Positions 9,983-18,788 of a DNA stretch of 64,000 nucleotides are shown one piece after another. Within the stretch, counting starts at the first letter, position 1, and every line of letters begins with the position of its first letter. Origin of the DNA: Terriglobia bacterium (GTDB lineage Bacteria; Acidobacteriota; Terriglobia; Versatilivoradales; Versatilivoraceae); contig OZ244053.1 of assembly GCA_965215235.1 (NCBI GenBank), forward strand, positions 3,431,192 to 3,495,191, given 5' to 3'. A program made the translations under genes and the position numbers. A model generated the notes under the pieces. The model worked only from the letters and a program-made list of their open reading frames with translations. It did not search any database and was not told the DNA's origin.

Positions 9983-10975
9983 TCACGAGCGCCGCTTCAA
10001 CACGGGTCGATTCTCATCATCCGGTTGCGGCTCTTCCTCTCCATCAACTTCCCCAGGGGTACGGCGCTTCAGGGTGGGTCGCTCTTGTTGCCCTCCTGGT
10101 GATGGCCGCTTGACATTTTCCATGGCGATGAGCTTGGCTTTGATCTTGTCGAAGTCGGTGGTGTTAATGATGTACTGGTCGCGCTCCGGCAGAATCTTTT
10201 CGATGTGCGCCTGGGTTTTCTCGTCCCGCTTGTGGGTGGGCGGATGGGTCGCGAAGGCCGTGGCCAACTTGCCCCGCTTTTTCTTTTTCTGGGCCTGTAG
10301 CTTCTCAAAGAACGAAACAAACCCATTGGGGTCGTAGCCTGTCTTGTATACGTACTGAAGCCCCAGGTAGTCTGCCTCGGTCTCGGCCTTTCGGCTGAAC
10401 CTCAAGAATTGCATGGGGATCAAGAAGCTCGACGCGTTGTAGATCGCCGAGGCAATCCCTCCGCTGAGAAAGATCAGAGGGATCATGGCATAGTTGGCAA
10501 TGGTGGCTTTGGTCTGTTGCTCGGTGGCGTGGCGGGCGGTGACGTGAGCAATCTCATGGGCCATCACGCCCGCGATTTCGGATTCGTCGTCGGCTGCGGC
10601 AATCAGGCCACTGTTGACGTAGAGGAACCCTCCCGGCAAGGCCATGGCATTGATCTCTTCCGAGTCGATGACCTTAATGGTAAAGGGCACTTTGGCATCG
10701 GAGTTGCGAACGATGTTCTGGCCAACGCGGTTCACATACTCGGTGATTTCAGGATCCTCAACCAGTTTGACTTGACGTTCGATCTGCTGGGACAGTTGTC
10801 GTCCGAGAGCGATCTCCTTCTCTATTGAAATGAGATTCCAGTTACCCTTGTTGACGTTACGGTTGCCGATCTCGTCCACATCGGAGTTCTTGGGGGCCTT
10901 GGCGCCCAAGGGCGCACCGCTGACGAGGCTCACTGTCAACAAAGGGGTCAGAAAAAATCTTCTGAGGCATTGCAT
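9983..10975 (-). CDS. M48 family zinc metalloprotease (HtpX/BepA-like) with signal peptide and a low-complexity Lys/Pro-rich C-terminal tail
   Basis: HEIAHVTARH (HExxH) plus the downstream ETEADYLGLQYV glutamate motif; N-terminal signal peptide. Confidence 0.85.
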   Translation of the reverse strand: MQCLRRFFLTPLLTVSLVSGAPLGAKAPKNSDVDEIGNRNVNKGNWNLISIEKEIALGRQLSQQIERQVKLVEDPEITEYVNRVGQNIVRNSDAKVPFTIKVIDSEEINAMALPGGFLYVNSGLIAAADDESEIAGVMAHEIAHVTARHATEQQTKATIANYAMIPLIFLSGGIASAIYNASSFLIPMQFLRFSRKAETEADYLGLQYVYKTGYDPNGFVSFFEKLQAQKKKKRGKLATAFATHPPTHKRDEKTQAHIEKILPERDQYIINTTDFDKIKAKLIAMENVKRPSPGGQQERPTLKRRTPGEVDGEEEPQPDDENRPVLKRRS

Positions 10976-11043
10976 GTCCTCCTCCTTGTCGGTTCCACAT
11001 CTTTCAGATTCCTACCTCACTTAAATGGATGCCAACTTGGCTG

Positions 11044-11087
11044 CAAAAGAGGTCAAGAGTGCGTCAACACTCCGTAAAGTTTTGTCA
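11044..11087 (-). promoter_or_regulatory. Conserved envelope-stress element copy 2, upstream of the M48 protease gene
   Basis: caaaag-N2-GTCAAGAGTGCGTCAACACTCCGTAAAGTTTTGTCA; the proximal end is about 70 bp from the M48 start codon. Confidence 0.6.
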
Positions 11088-11268
11088 AGCTGGGTGGCGT
11101 TGCTTCGGGTTTGGTCCCATCGGAACGACTGAGAGAGATCCCTCCAGAGGGTGGGGAACCTGATAAGAATCGAAAGCACGGTCAGCGAGGCGGGACTCTA
11201 CTCGATGGGTTGTCTGCAGCAGGGGCGCTCGTAAAGCCATACAAGAAAAACGATCCAACTGAAAACTC

Positions 11269-11853
11269 TCAGCGAGACGGTTGCTTAACGTACACCAACT
11301 TCTGAGTTCGCTCGCCTCGCCCTCTTTTGATCGTTCTCGTGACGGTCATCACTTTGCCGTCATCAGAGAGGCTGCGGACCTCCTTCAACTCCACGCTTCC
11401 CCTGGGGGTTTCCATGCTGGATTCAGTCACCAACTGACTCCCCTCCCAGTAGGTTTTTGACGGTGTGGGCATTCCACCCAATCCCTCATGGGTCGACTCT
11501 TTTCCGTCTGTGGTGTACCTCGACTCACGGACCTGTTCGGCGCCCCGGAAATTCATTGTCTGTCTGATGATAAGCTGCGGCTCCTGGTGATCGATGGTCA
11601 GGTTGCCCATTCCACCTCCTCTGCCCATACGTTCCCTGCCAGACCGCCCCTCTTCCCTCCCTTCTCGGCGCCCTCCTTCACCCAACCTCCCACCGCCCCG
11701 TCCTCCACCAAACCCGCCGGGGCCAGGTCCACGGCCACCCCTGCCCATTTCACTCCTCTCGGGATCCAGCTCCCAGGCGCCTGAGAAGTTGGGTTTCTCA
11801 CCTGCCATCAGCATCAGGCTCAGACCCAGAAACAATATCGCCGAGACGGTCAT
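11269..11853 (-). CDS. Secreted Gly/Arg-rich hypothetical protein
   Basis: Signal peptide MTVSAILFLGLSLMLMAG. A low-complexity block GRGGRGPGPGGFGGGRGGGRLGEGGRREGREEGRSGRERMGRGGG is followed by a ~100-aa structured C-terminal domain. Lies in tandem downstream of the Spy-like gene. Confidence 0.55.
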   Translation of the reverse strand: MTVSAILFLGLSLMLMAGEKPNFSGAWELDPERSEMGRGGRGPGPGGFGGGRGGGRLGEGGRREGREEGRSGRERMGRGGGMGNLTIDHQEPQLIIRQTMNFRGAEQVRESRYTTDGKESTHEGLGGMPTPSKTYWEGSQLVTESSMETPRGSVELKEVRSLSDDGKVMTVTRTIKRGRGERTQKLVYVKQPSR

Positions 11854-12032
11854 CGCTTTCTTGGTTCCCATTACCTTTTCCTCCTTGTCGGCTGTCGTCG
11901 TTGGTTGTCAGTAGATTGCTCGATGTCTGTCAACGCCCCTAAAAGCCAACCGGCGGCAATGAGGTCGACCTTTGCCTGAAAACCAGTCAACCTCATCGCC
12001 GCTGGCGAGACCCAACCAACCCGGTTCGGTCC

Positions 12033-12620
12033 TTACGGTTGGTCGGGGCCAGGGCTGCCGCCGAAACGCTCGTGCCTCCGCTGCTTGCGCTCCTCTCTGC
12101 GGGCTTTTTGCTTCTCTTGAAACGAGGTCCATTTCTGCTGTTGCTCCGGCGTCAAGACATTAAAAAACTCCACCCGCGTCTTGGCGCCAATGGCCACCAG
12201 CTGACCCTGGAGCTGGCCGTGCTCGGCTGCTAAAGTGTCGATCTGAACCGTATCCCCTGCCTGGACGGCTGCGCCCAGAGCTTGCCGGTTGGCCCGCAAC
12301 TGTTGGCGGATGGGTCGGGATTGATCCCGGGCAGCCTGTCGGATCGCTTTGGCGTCGGCCTTTTGAGCTTCGGTCAACCCCAAAAACTCGGCCATCAGGC
12401 CTCCCATCATGTGCTTGCCGCCAAAGCCTCGCCCGCGACCACCGCGCCCACCGAAGCCCGGGAACTGGGCAAAAGCGGATTCCACCAAGAGAATCGAGGC
12501 CAGAGCAAAGGCTGCGACCACCATGCCTTTTGCAAGAATCCGGCCCGTTTGGATTTTTGTTGAAATCTGAAACATCTGAGTTTCCTCCTTAGCAAAGATT
12601 TGGATTGGAAGAGCCTTCAC
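12033..12620 (-). CDS. Spy/CpxP-family periplasmic protein (LTXXQ motifs)
   Basis: Two LTXXQ motifs (LGLTEAQKADAKAI; LTPEQQQKW), a hydrophobic signal-like N-terminus, a GRGGRGRGFGG stretch and a Lys/Arg-rich C-terminus. The true start may be an internal Met (MFQIS or MVVAAF). Confidence 0.75.
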   Translation of the reverse strand: MKALPIQIFAKEETQMFQISTKIQTGRILAKGMVVAAFALASILLVESAFAQFPGFGGRGGRGRGFGGKHMMGGLMAEFLGLTEAQKADAKAIRQAARDQSRPIRQQLRANRQALGAAVQAGDTVQIDTLAAEHGQLQGQLVAIGAKTRVEFFNVLTPEQQQKWTSFQEKQKARREERKQRRHERFGGSPGPDQP

Positions 12621-12672
12621 AGTGACCTTGCTGCGTCCCCGGCTCTTACCCTATATATACGTCGCTCAAGGC

Positions 12673-12718
12673 AAAAGGGTCGTAAAGAGTGCGTCAGTGT
12701 TCAGTAGAGTTTTGTCAG
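12673..12718 (-). promoter_or_regulatory. Conserved envelope-stress element copy 3, upstream of the Spy/CpxP-like gene
   Basis: caaaag-N4-GTAAAGAGTGCGTCAGTGTTCAGTAGAGTTTTGTCA. Confidence 0.6.
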
Positions 12719-13103
12719 CGAACGACAGACCCCCTTACAATTCTTTACAAATGACCTGTCTTGGGGATAGGGGGCAGGTGTTGGAGGTGAAGCTCCTCTA
12801 TAACAGGAGAAGTGGTGAACAATATCGGACTCAGGAAGGATGCACTGACATCTAAAATCCTCTGGCGACAGTTCCTGGTACGTCAACAAGGCCGTCACTA
12901 AGCTTTGCCATCGGCTTCTGCACGGATGAGGATTTTGTTCGATAACCTGATCCCAGAGGGAACGCTGTTCGCCAAGTGAAACCTACCCTGGAAAACTGAA
13001 CGCTGACCGAGCCAAAATGGTACTCTAGGCGATGGGCAACTTAAGCTCCGTTTAACCATCCGAGTACAACCCGGACAGCACCTATTCCCACATTGAGGTC
13101 ACC

Positions 13104-13838
13104 ATGGATCGCTTGCTGGTCATCGATGACGACACCGAGCTGTGCTCGCTGGTCACCAAGTATCTGGAGGTAGAGGGTTTTCAAGTGGACAGTGTCAACG
13201 ATGGACAGGAGGGGATCGGACGGGCTCTTTCGGGAGAGTATGCCTTGGTGATTCTGGATGTGATGTTGCCCGGCGTCAACGGTTTTGACGCCTTGCGCCG
13301 CATCCGAGCTGAATCGCGAGTCCCCGTTTTGATGCTGTCGGCCAGAGCCGAGGATGTCGAGAGAATCGTGGGACTCGAAATCGGTGCTGACGATTACCTT
13401 GGCAAACCCTTCAATCCTCACGAACTGGTCGCGCGAATCCGGGCCATCATTCGTCGCACTCAGCCCAAAGAGCCGCTTGCGCCCGAAAAAGTCATTCATC
13501 CGATGCTGACTGTGGGTGACGTCGAACTGGACAAGAATGCCTGGAAGGTCAGGCGGGCGGGCGAACCGGTGGGACTCACAGCTTTGGAGTTCAATCTTCT
13601 GGAACTGTTACTGCGGTCGGCTGGCCAGGTGGTGCCCCGTGAAGAACTCGTCCAAACACTGCTGGGACGTGAGTTCGATCCCTTTGACCGCAGCATAGAC
13701 ATGCACGTGAGCAACTTGCGCAAGAAACTGGGCCGCCAGGCGAATGGAGTCGAGCGGATCAAGTCGGTTCGGGGAGTCGGCTATGTTTATCCCCATCCAG
13801 ACACTCTTGAGGAGGAAGGGCTATCTTCCGACTCTTAA
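13104..13838 (+). CDS. cpxR: OmpR-family response regulator, CpxR-like
   Basis: MDRLLVIDDDTELCSLVTKYLEVEGF...LMLSARAEDVERIVGLEIGADDYLGKPFNPHELVARIRAIIRR closely parallels E. coli CpxR (receiver + winged-helix). The symbol is assigned by similarity and context only. Confidence 0.8.
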   Translation: MDRLLVIDDDTELCSLVTKYLEVEGFQVDSVNDGQEGIGRALSGEYALVILDVMLPGVNGFDALRRIRAESRVPVLMLSARAEDVERIVGLEIGADDYLGKPFNPHELVARIRAIIRRTQPKEPLAPEKVIHPMLTVGDVELDKNAWKVRRAGEPVGLTALEFNLLELLLRSAGQVVPREELVQTLLGREFDPFDRSIDMHVSNLRKKLGRQANGVERIKSVRGVGYVYPHPDTLEEEGLSSDS

Positions 13839-13950
13839 ACTCGTGAAAAGCCTGCCCTATGAGGAGGTCGAGAGTTGTTCGTGAGGACTGATTCAGGGGC
13901 GAGCGAAACCGTCTCGTCCTTGGTCTTCAACCAACGGCTCCTCTGCTTCA

Positions 13951-13986
13951 TTGACAAAACTTTAGAAAACCGGGTCCATTATTTAC
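13951..13986 (+). promoter_or_regulatory. Half-conserved copy 4 of the envelope-stress element, upstream of the histidine kinase gene
   Basis: TTGACAAAACTTTAG-N16-TTTAC matches the distal TGACAAAACTTTAC half and the repeat spacing of copies 1-3. It lies about 85 bp before the MNSLV start. Confidence 0.4.
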
Positions 13987-14074
13987 CGGCCATCAAGGTC
14001 GAATCAGATATAGCGGGTTGTATTCCTTGGGTCAAGCCGGGAGCCTCTGCGGTCATTGGTTAAAAACTGAAAGC

Positions 14075-15538
14075 ATGAACAGTCTCGTATTAAAAATCTT
14101 CATCTGGTTCTGGGCGGCCATGGCTTTGGTTGGCCTGGCCCTCTATCTCTCGACCCGAGCCACCATGTCCGAACAGGCCGACCGCCAAGGGCGCCAGTGG
14201 ATTGAGATGGCCATATCCCTCGTTGCGCAAACGGCGGCTGATACTTTCGAGAAACAGGGACCTTCGGCTTTGGATCGATACATCAATCGAGTCAATCGGC
14301 GGCGGCGATTTCATATCTCTTTCCTCAATGAGCAGGGGGACATCCTGGCTGGACCTGCTCTGTCACCCCGGGCGAGAACCTTGGCGATGCGTGCGATTCA
14401 GAGCGGCGAGCGCCAGATGGAATTCTCTGAGGGGGAGCGTTTGGTGGCGCAGGGTATGGTTTCATCTGAAGGTCGACAGTTCGCCTTAGCAGGCAAAATC
14501 AGGACATCTCCGCCAAGATTTCCTCCTGGACGACGGCGGGGACAACGACCGGGGCCACCATTCGTTTGGGGGGCTCTAGGCATTCCGGACGCCGATCTCT
14601 GGACCCAGGGGCTTCGCTTGCTGGCGATGTTCCTCACGGCCGGAATCGTCTGCTATGGCTTGGCGCGCTACCTGACAGCTCCCCTGGTTAAACTTCGGGC
14701 CGCCACACAAAAGTTGGCGGATGGAGACTTGGCGGCTCGGGTCGGGCAACCTAAAAGGGGCCGCCGCGATGAACTCACCGACCTTGGCCATGATTTCGAT
14801 GGAATGGCCGAACGCATCCAAAGCATGATGGCCGCTCAGCGTCGTCTGCTGAGTGACATCTCTCACGAACTACGCTCTCCCCTGGCCCGCCTCCATGTTG
14901 CTCTGGCATTGATTCGTCAACAGGCGGGCGGCAAAACCAGTGATGAGCTGGACCGCATCGAGCTGGAGGCGGGGCGTCTCAACAAACTCATCAGCCATGT
15001 ACTCACTCTCACGCGCATGGAAAGCGGCGCCGTGGAGATTGCCCACGACGACATCGATCTGGCCCAAATGGTGGCGGAGGTAGCCGCCGATGCTGAGTTC
15101 GAGGCCCGCAGTTCGGAAAAGAGGGTTTCCATCATCTCCAGCGAAGCCTGCGTTACCGTGGGAAACCACGAACTGCTGCGAAGCGCGATTGAGAATGTTG
15201 TCCGCAACGCCGTTTACTATACGGCGGACCAAACCGAGGTCGAAATTGAGTTGAAGCTGGTAGGGAAAAACCGGGGCTCAGCCGTCATAAGAGTGCGCGA
15301 CCATGGGGAAGGGGTTCGTGAGTCGGAACTCACCGAGATCTTTCGGCCATTCTACCGGGTGGCAACAGCCCGAGACAGACAGAGCGGTGGAACCGGGCTG
15401 GGACTGGCCATTACACAACGGGCGGTGTACCTGCATGACGGCTCAGTGACGGCCTTCAACGCTCCGGGTGGCGGATTGATCATCGAGATCCGACTCCCTG
15501 CGCGGCCGGGTCGGGTAGATCCAACCGGAGCACCCTAG
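14075..15538 (+). CDS. cpxA: Sensor histidine kinase, CpxA-like (2 TM, HAMP, HisKA, HATPase)
   Basis: N-terminus MNSLVLKIFIWFWAAMALVGLAL resembles CpxA. H-box ISHELRSPLARL; G-box GTGLGLAI. The start is chosen at the internal Met that gives a CpxA-like N-terminus. Confidence 0.8.
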   Translation: MNSLVLKIFIWFWAAMALVGLALYLSTRATMSEQADRQGRQWIEMAISLVAQTAADTFEKQGPSALDRYINRVNRRRRFHISFLNEQGDILAGPALSPRARTLAMRAIQSGERQMEFSEGERLVAQGMVSSEGRQFALAGKIRTSPPRFPPGRRRGQRPGPPFVWGALGIPDADLWTQGLRLLAMFLTAGIVCYGLARYLTAPLVKLRAATQKLADGDLAARVGQPKRGRRDELTDLGHDFDGMAERIQSMMAAQRRLLSDISHELRSPLARLHVALALIRQQAGGKTSDELDRIELEAGRLNKLISHVLTLTRMESGAVEIAHDDIDLAQMVAEVAADAEFEARSSEKRVSIISSEACVTVGNHELLRSAIENVVRNAVYYTADQTEVEIELKLVGKNRGSAVIRVRDHGEGVRESELTEIFRPFYRVATARDRQSGGTGLGLAITQRAVYLHDGSVTAFNAPGGGLIIEIRLPARPGRVDPTGAP

Positions 15539-15713
15539 CCACCGAAGGTCCGCCCCTTCATCGCCGACAGGCATAACCTTGACAGAACCACCGGTGAAAC
15601 GATATCTGTGAATGGCTCGAGTGCCGCACTTGGCGGACGAGGGCGACAGCAGCTTGAGTGCCGGAGTGCTCGAGCAGGATATCTCTGACTCATCAAGGGT
15701 TGAATCGAATTCG

Positions 15714-16493
15714 ATGGAAGACATTCTTTTAACTCGGCGCGAACAAGATATTGCAACGGTCATCCTGAACCGACCGGACAAGCTGAATGCTCTCAGCCGG
15801 GCTCTCTGGGGACGAGTGGGACAGGTCATGCGGGATCTCTCACCCGATGAGACCTTACGCTGTATTGTGGTGCGGGGCGCCGGGCAGAAAGCGTTCTCGC
15901 CGGGGGCCGATATCTCCGAATTTGCGACACACCGTTCCAATCGCCAGCAGGCACGAGCCTACGGAGACCTGATTCAAAAGGCGATGCAAGCCATCAGGGA
16001 CTGTCAACACCCGGTCATCGCCATGATCCAGGGCGTTTGCGTGGGTGGAGGTTTAGAGTTGGCCTCCATGTGCGACCTCAGAATTTGTGGCGAGTCCAGC
16101 CGCTTCGGGGTCCCGATCAATCGCATCGCCATCACCATGGCCTATCCTGAGATCCGGGCGCTGATCGACCTCGTAGGTCGGGCGACTGCCCTGGAGATTC
16201 TTCTGGAGGGCCGCGTCTTCGGCTCCCAGGAAGCAAAAGCCAAGGGCCTGGTCACCCGCGTCGTTCCGGACAGTAAGGTCGAAAAGGAAACCTACGCCAC
16301 CGCCCGACGCATCGCGGATGGAGCTCCCCTGGCTAATCGCCTGCACAAGAGGTTTGCCTACCGCCTCCTGGACCCTATGCCGCTGACGTTAGCAGAAGTG
16401 GACCAAGGTTTTGAGATCGTTGGAACCGAGGACCACCGGGAAGGTTATCGAGCTTTCCTCAAAAAGACCAAGCCACGATTTAAGGGACGTTGA
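15714..16493 (+). CDS. Enoyl-CoA hydratase/isomerase (crotonase) family protein
   Basis: ILNRPDKLNALSRALWGRV...VVRGAGQKAFSPGADISEF is the crotonase signature. Confidence 0.8.
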   Translation: MEDILLTRREQDIATVILNRPDKLNALSRALWGRVGQVMRDLSPDETLRCIVVRGAGQKAFSPGADISEFATHRSNRQQARAYGDLIQKAMQAIRDCQHPVIAMIQGVCVGGGLELASMCDLRICGESSRFGVPINRIAITMAYPEIRALIDLVGRATALEILLEGRVFGSQEAKAKGLVTRVVPDSKVEKETYATARRIADGAPLANRLHKRFAYRLLDPMPLTLAEVDQGFEIVGTEDHREGYRAFLKKTKPRFKGR

Positions 16494-16495
16494 CC

Positions 16496-17761
16496 ATGGG
16501 CCCACAGCAAACCCCGGCTCCTGCCGGTCCGCTGACCGGTATGAAAGTGCTGGAAGCCAGCCACGTCATGGCGGGGCCGACTTGTGGACTGATGCTGGCT
16601 GATCTGGGAGCGGACGTCATCAAAGTGGAGCGTCTTCCCGGTGGAGACGATACCAGGCGAGCCGTTCCGCCGGAGATCCGGGGGGAGTCGGCCGCTTTTA
16701 TGATGATGAATCGCAACAAGCGCGGCATTGGAATCAACCTCAAGTCCAAGCGAGGTCGAGAGGTCTTTCGGCGATTGGCGAGAAACAGTGACGTTCTCAT
16801 TGAAAATTTCCGCAAGGGCGCCATGGATGCACTGGGGTTGGGCTACAAACAGTTGAAACCGGATAATCCCCATCTCATCTACTGCTCACTCTCGGGCTTC
16901 GGTCAAACCGGTCCTTACGCCGACCGGGGAGGATTTGACCTGATCGCTCAGGGAATGAGTGGATTGATGAGCATTACCGGTGAAGGACCCGGCCGGGCGC
17001 CGGTGAAGGTGGGAGCTCCCATGACAGACATCACGGCGGGAATCCTGGCGGCTCTGGGAATCGTTGCGGCCTACGTTCACCGACAAAGAACAGGAGAAGG
17101 ACAGGTGGTGGACACCTCCCTTCTGGAAGCCGGCATCGTTCACACCTACTGGCAGTCGGCCATCTATCTGGCAACGGGTGTCTCCCCGGTAGCTATGGGG
17201 TCGGCCCATCCATTGATGGCTCCCTATCAATCCTTTGAAACCCAAGATGGCTGGGTCAACGTCGGCGCCGCCAACCAGGCCAACTGGGAACGGTTGCTGG
17301 ATGTGCTCGGGGTTCCAGAGATCGGGCGAGATCAGCGTTTCGCCGACAATGCGGGGAGGATGCAGCATCTAGCTGTGTTAGTCGAGCTTCTGACTCCCTA
17401 CTTTCAAAGTCAGACCACTGCCGCCTGGCTTGAGGATCTCCAAGCCGCAGGAATTCCGGCTGGCCCGGTGCTCTCCATCGCCGCCATGCACGCCGACCCT
17501 CACGTGAAAGAACGCCAAATGGTGACGGAGGTCCAGCACAGCCGCCTGGGCAAGGTGAAGACGTTGGGAGTACCGGTAAAATTTTCCGAGACCCCAACCT
17601 CCTTACAGAGAGGGGCGCCTGCCCTGGGCGAGCACACACGGGAAGTGCTGCGCGAACACGGTTACAGCGATGCCGAAACCGAAAGTCTTGAAGCCGAAGG
17701 GGCAATCCTGACTGCCCAGGCAATACCAAGCGGAGCCCATGAGCCACTGGGTTGCGGATGA
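16496..17761 (+). CDS. Family III CoA-transferase (CaiB/BaiF family)
   Basis: GMKVLEASHVMAGPTCGLMLADLGADVIKVE is the canonical family III N-terminus; it overlaps the crotonase stop. Confidence 0.8.
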   Translation: MGPQQTPAPAGPLTGMKVLEASHVMAGPTCGLMLADLGADVIKVERLPGGDDTRRAVPPEIRGESAAFMMMNRNKRGIGINLKSKRGREVFRRLARNSDVLIENFRKGAMDALGLGYKQLKPDNPHLIYCSLSGFGQTGPYADRGGFDLIAQGMSGLMSITGEGPGRAPVKVGAPMTDITAGILAALGIVAAYVHRQRTGEGQVVDTSLLEAGIVHTYWQSAIYLATGVSPVAMGSAHPLMAPYQSFETQDGWVNVGAANQANWERLLDVLGVPEIGRDQRFADNAGRMQHLAVLVELLTPYFQSQTTAAWLEDLQAAGIPAGPVLSIAAMHADPHVKERQMVTEVQHSRLGKVKTLGVPVKFSETPTSLQRGAPALGEHTREVLREHGYSDAETESLEAEGAILTAQAIPSGAHEPLGCG

Positions 17762-17902
17762 AGCCTCAACCCGGGTGGTTGACACCGAGCGCAATCCGGA
17801 CCCTCGTAATGGAGAGTCGGGAAAACAGCTGCCCGGCCTGAGCTATGAACAAATTTCAACCCACCCGACAGGCTCAAGAACATCGGAAAGTGACTGCTCA
17901 TC

Positions 17903-18760
17903 ATGCCAATTGTCAAACGCAAATTCGGTTGGACCAACGTTAAGGTCCCGGTTGTGGGACAAGGGACCTGGATGATAGAAGGCAGCCGCGCCAAGGAGCA
18001 GCGAGCGGTGGCGGCTCTGCAATTGGGGCTCGACCTGGGGCTGACGCACATCGACACTGCCGAGATGTATGGCAATGGCCGCGCCGAGGAGTTAACGGCA
18101 GAAGCTCTGGGCAACAGACGGAGCCAGGTCTTCCTGGTGAGCAAGGTGCTTCCCTCCAACGCGTCCTACGACGGAACCCTGCGGGCTTGCGAGCGAAGCC
18201 TGAAGCGACTTCGAACCGACCGACTGGATCTGTATCTGCTGCATTGGAGTGGCTACCACCCGATCCACGAGACCATGAAGGCCATGGAAACTCTGGTCAA
18301 CCAGGGTTGCATTCGATTTATCGGGGTCAGCAATCTGGATTTGGATGAATTGAAAGAGGCCCAGCGGGCGCTCCGCCATGAGCGACTGGCCTGCAACCAG
18401 GTTCTCTACCACCTCGGGGACCGGGGCATTGAGCGTCGGCTCATCCCTTATTGCGCCGAGCAACAGATCGCTGTGGTCGCCTACAGTCCCTTCGGTCACT
18501 CAAGCTTCCCCTCATCAACCAGCAGAGGGGGGCGTATTTTGGCAAACATTGCTGAAAAGCATGGGCGAACGGCCCGGCAGGTCGTGATTAATTTTCTGAC
18601 GCGGCACTCGGGAGTCTTCACCATTCCCAAGGCAAGCCAGAATGAGCACGTGCAGGAGAACAGCGAATCTATGGGGTGGAAACTCTCCAGCAACGATCTC
18701 GACGCCATCGAAGAAGCTTTTCCTGCACCTGACCGTGACGCGCCGCTCGGGATACTCTGA
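17903..18760 (+). CDS. Aldo/keto reductase
   Basis: LGLTHIDTAEMYGNGRAEE motif; the length (285 aa) fits. Confidence 0.8.
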   Translation: MPIVKRKFGWTNVKVPVVGQGTWMIEGSRAKEQRAVAALQLGLDLGLTHIDTAEMYGNGRAEELTAEALGNRRSQVFLVSKVLPSNASYDGTLRACERSLKRLRTDRLDLYLLHWSGYHPIHETMKAMETLVNQGCIRFIGVSNLDLDELKEAQRALRHERLACNQVLYHLGDRGIERRLIPYCAEQQIAVVAYSPFGHSSFPSSTSRGGRILANIAEKHGRTARQVVINFLTRHSGVFTIPKASQNEHVQENSESMGWKLSSNDLDAIEEAFPAPDRDAPLGIL

Positions 18761-18788
18761 CCCGACCGGGTGACGGGACCGCCGGATC

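Noticed and set aside
12622-12855. 77-aa plus-strand ORF covering envelope-stress element copy 3
   Set aside because: It lies in the promoter region of the Spy-like gene. It has no SD, and the conserved DNA motif explains the sequence conservation better than coding does.
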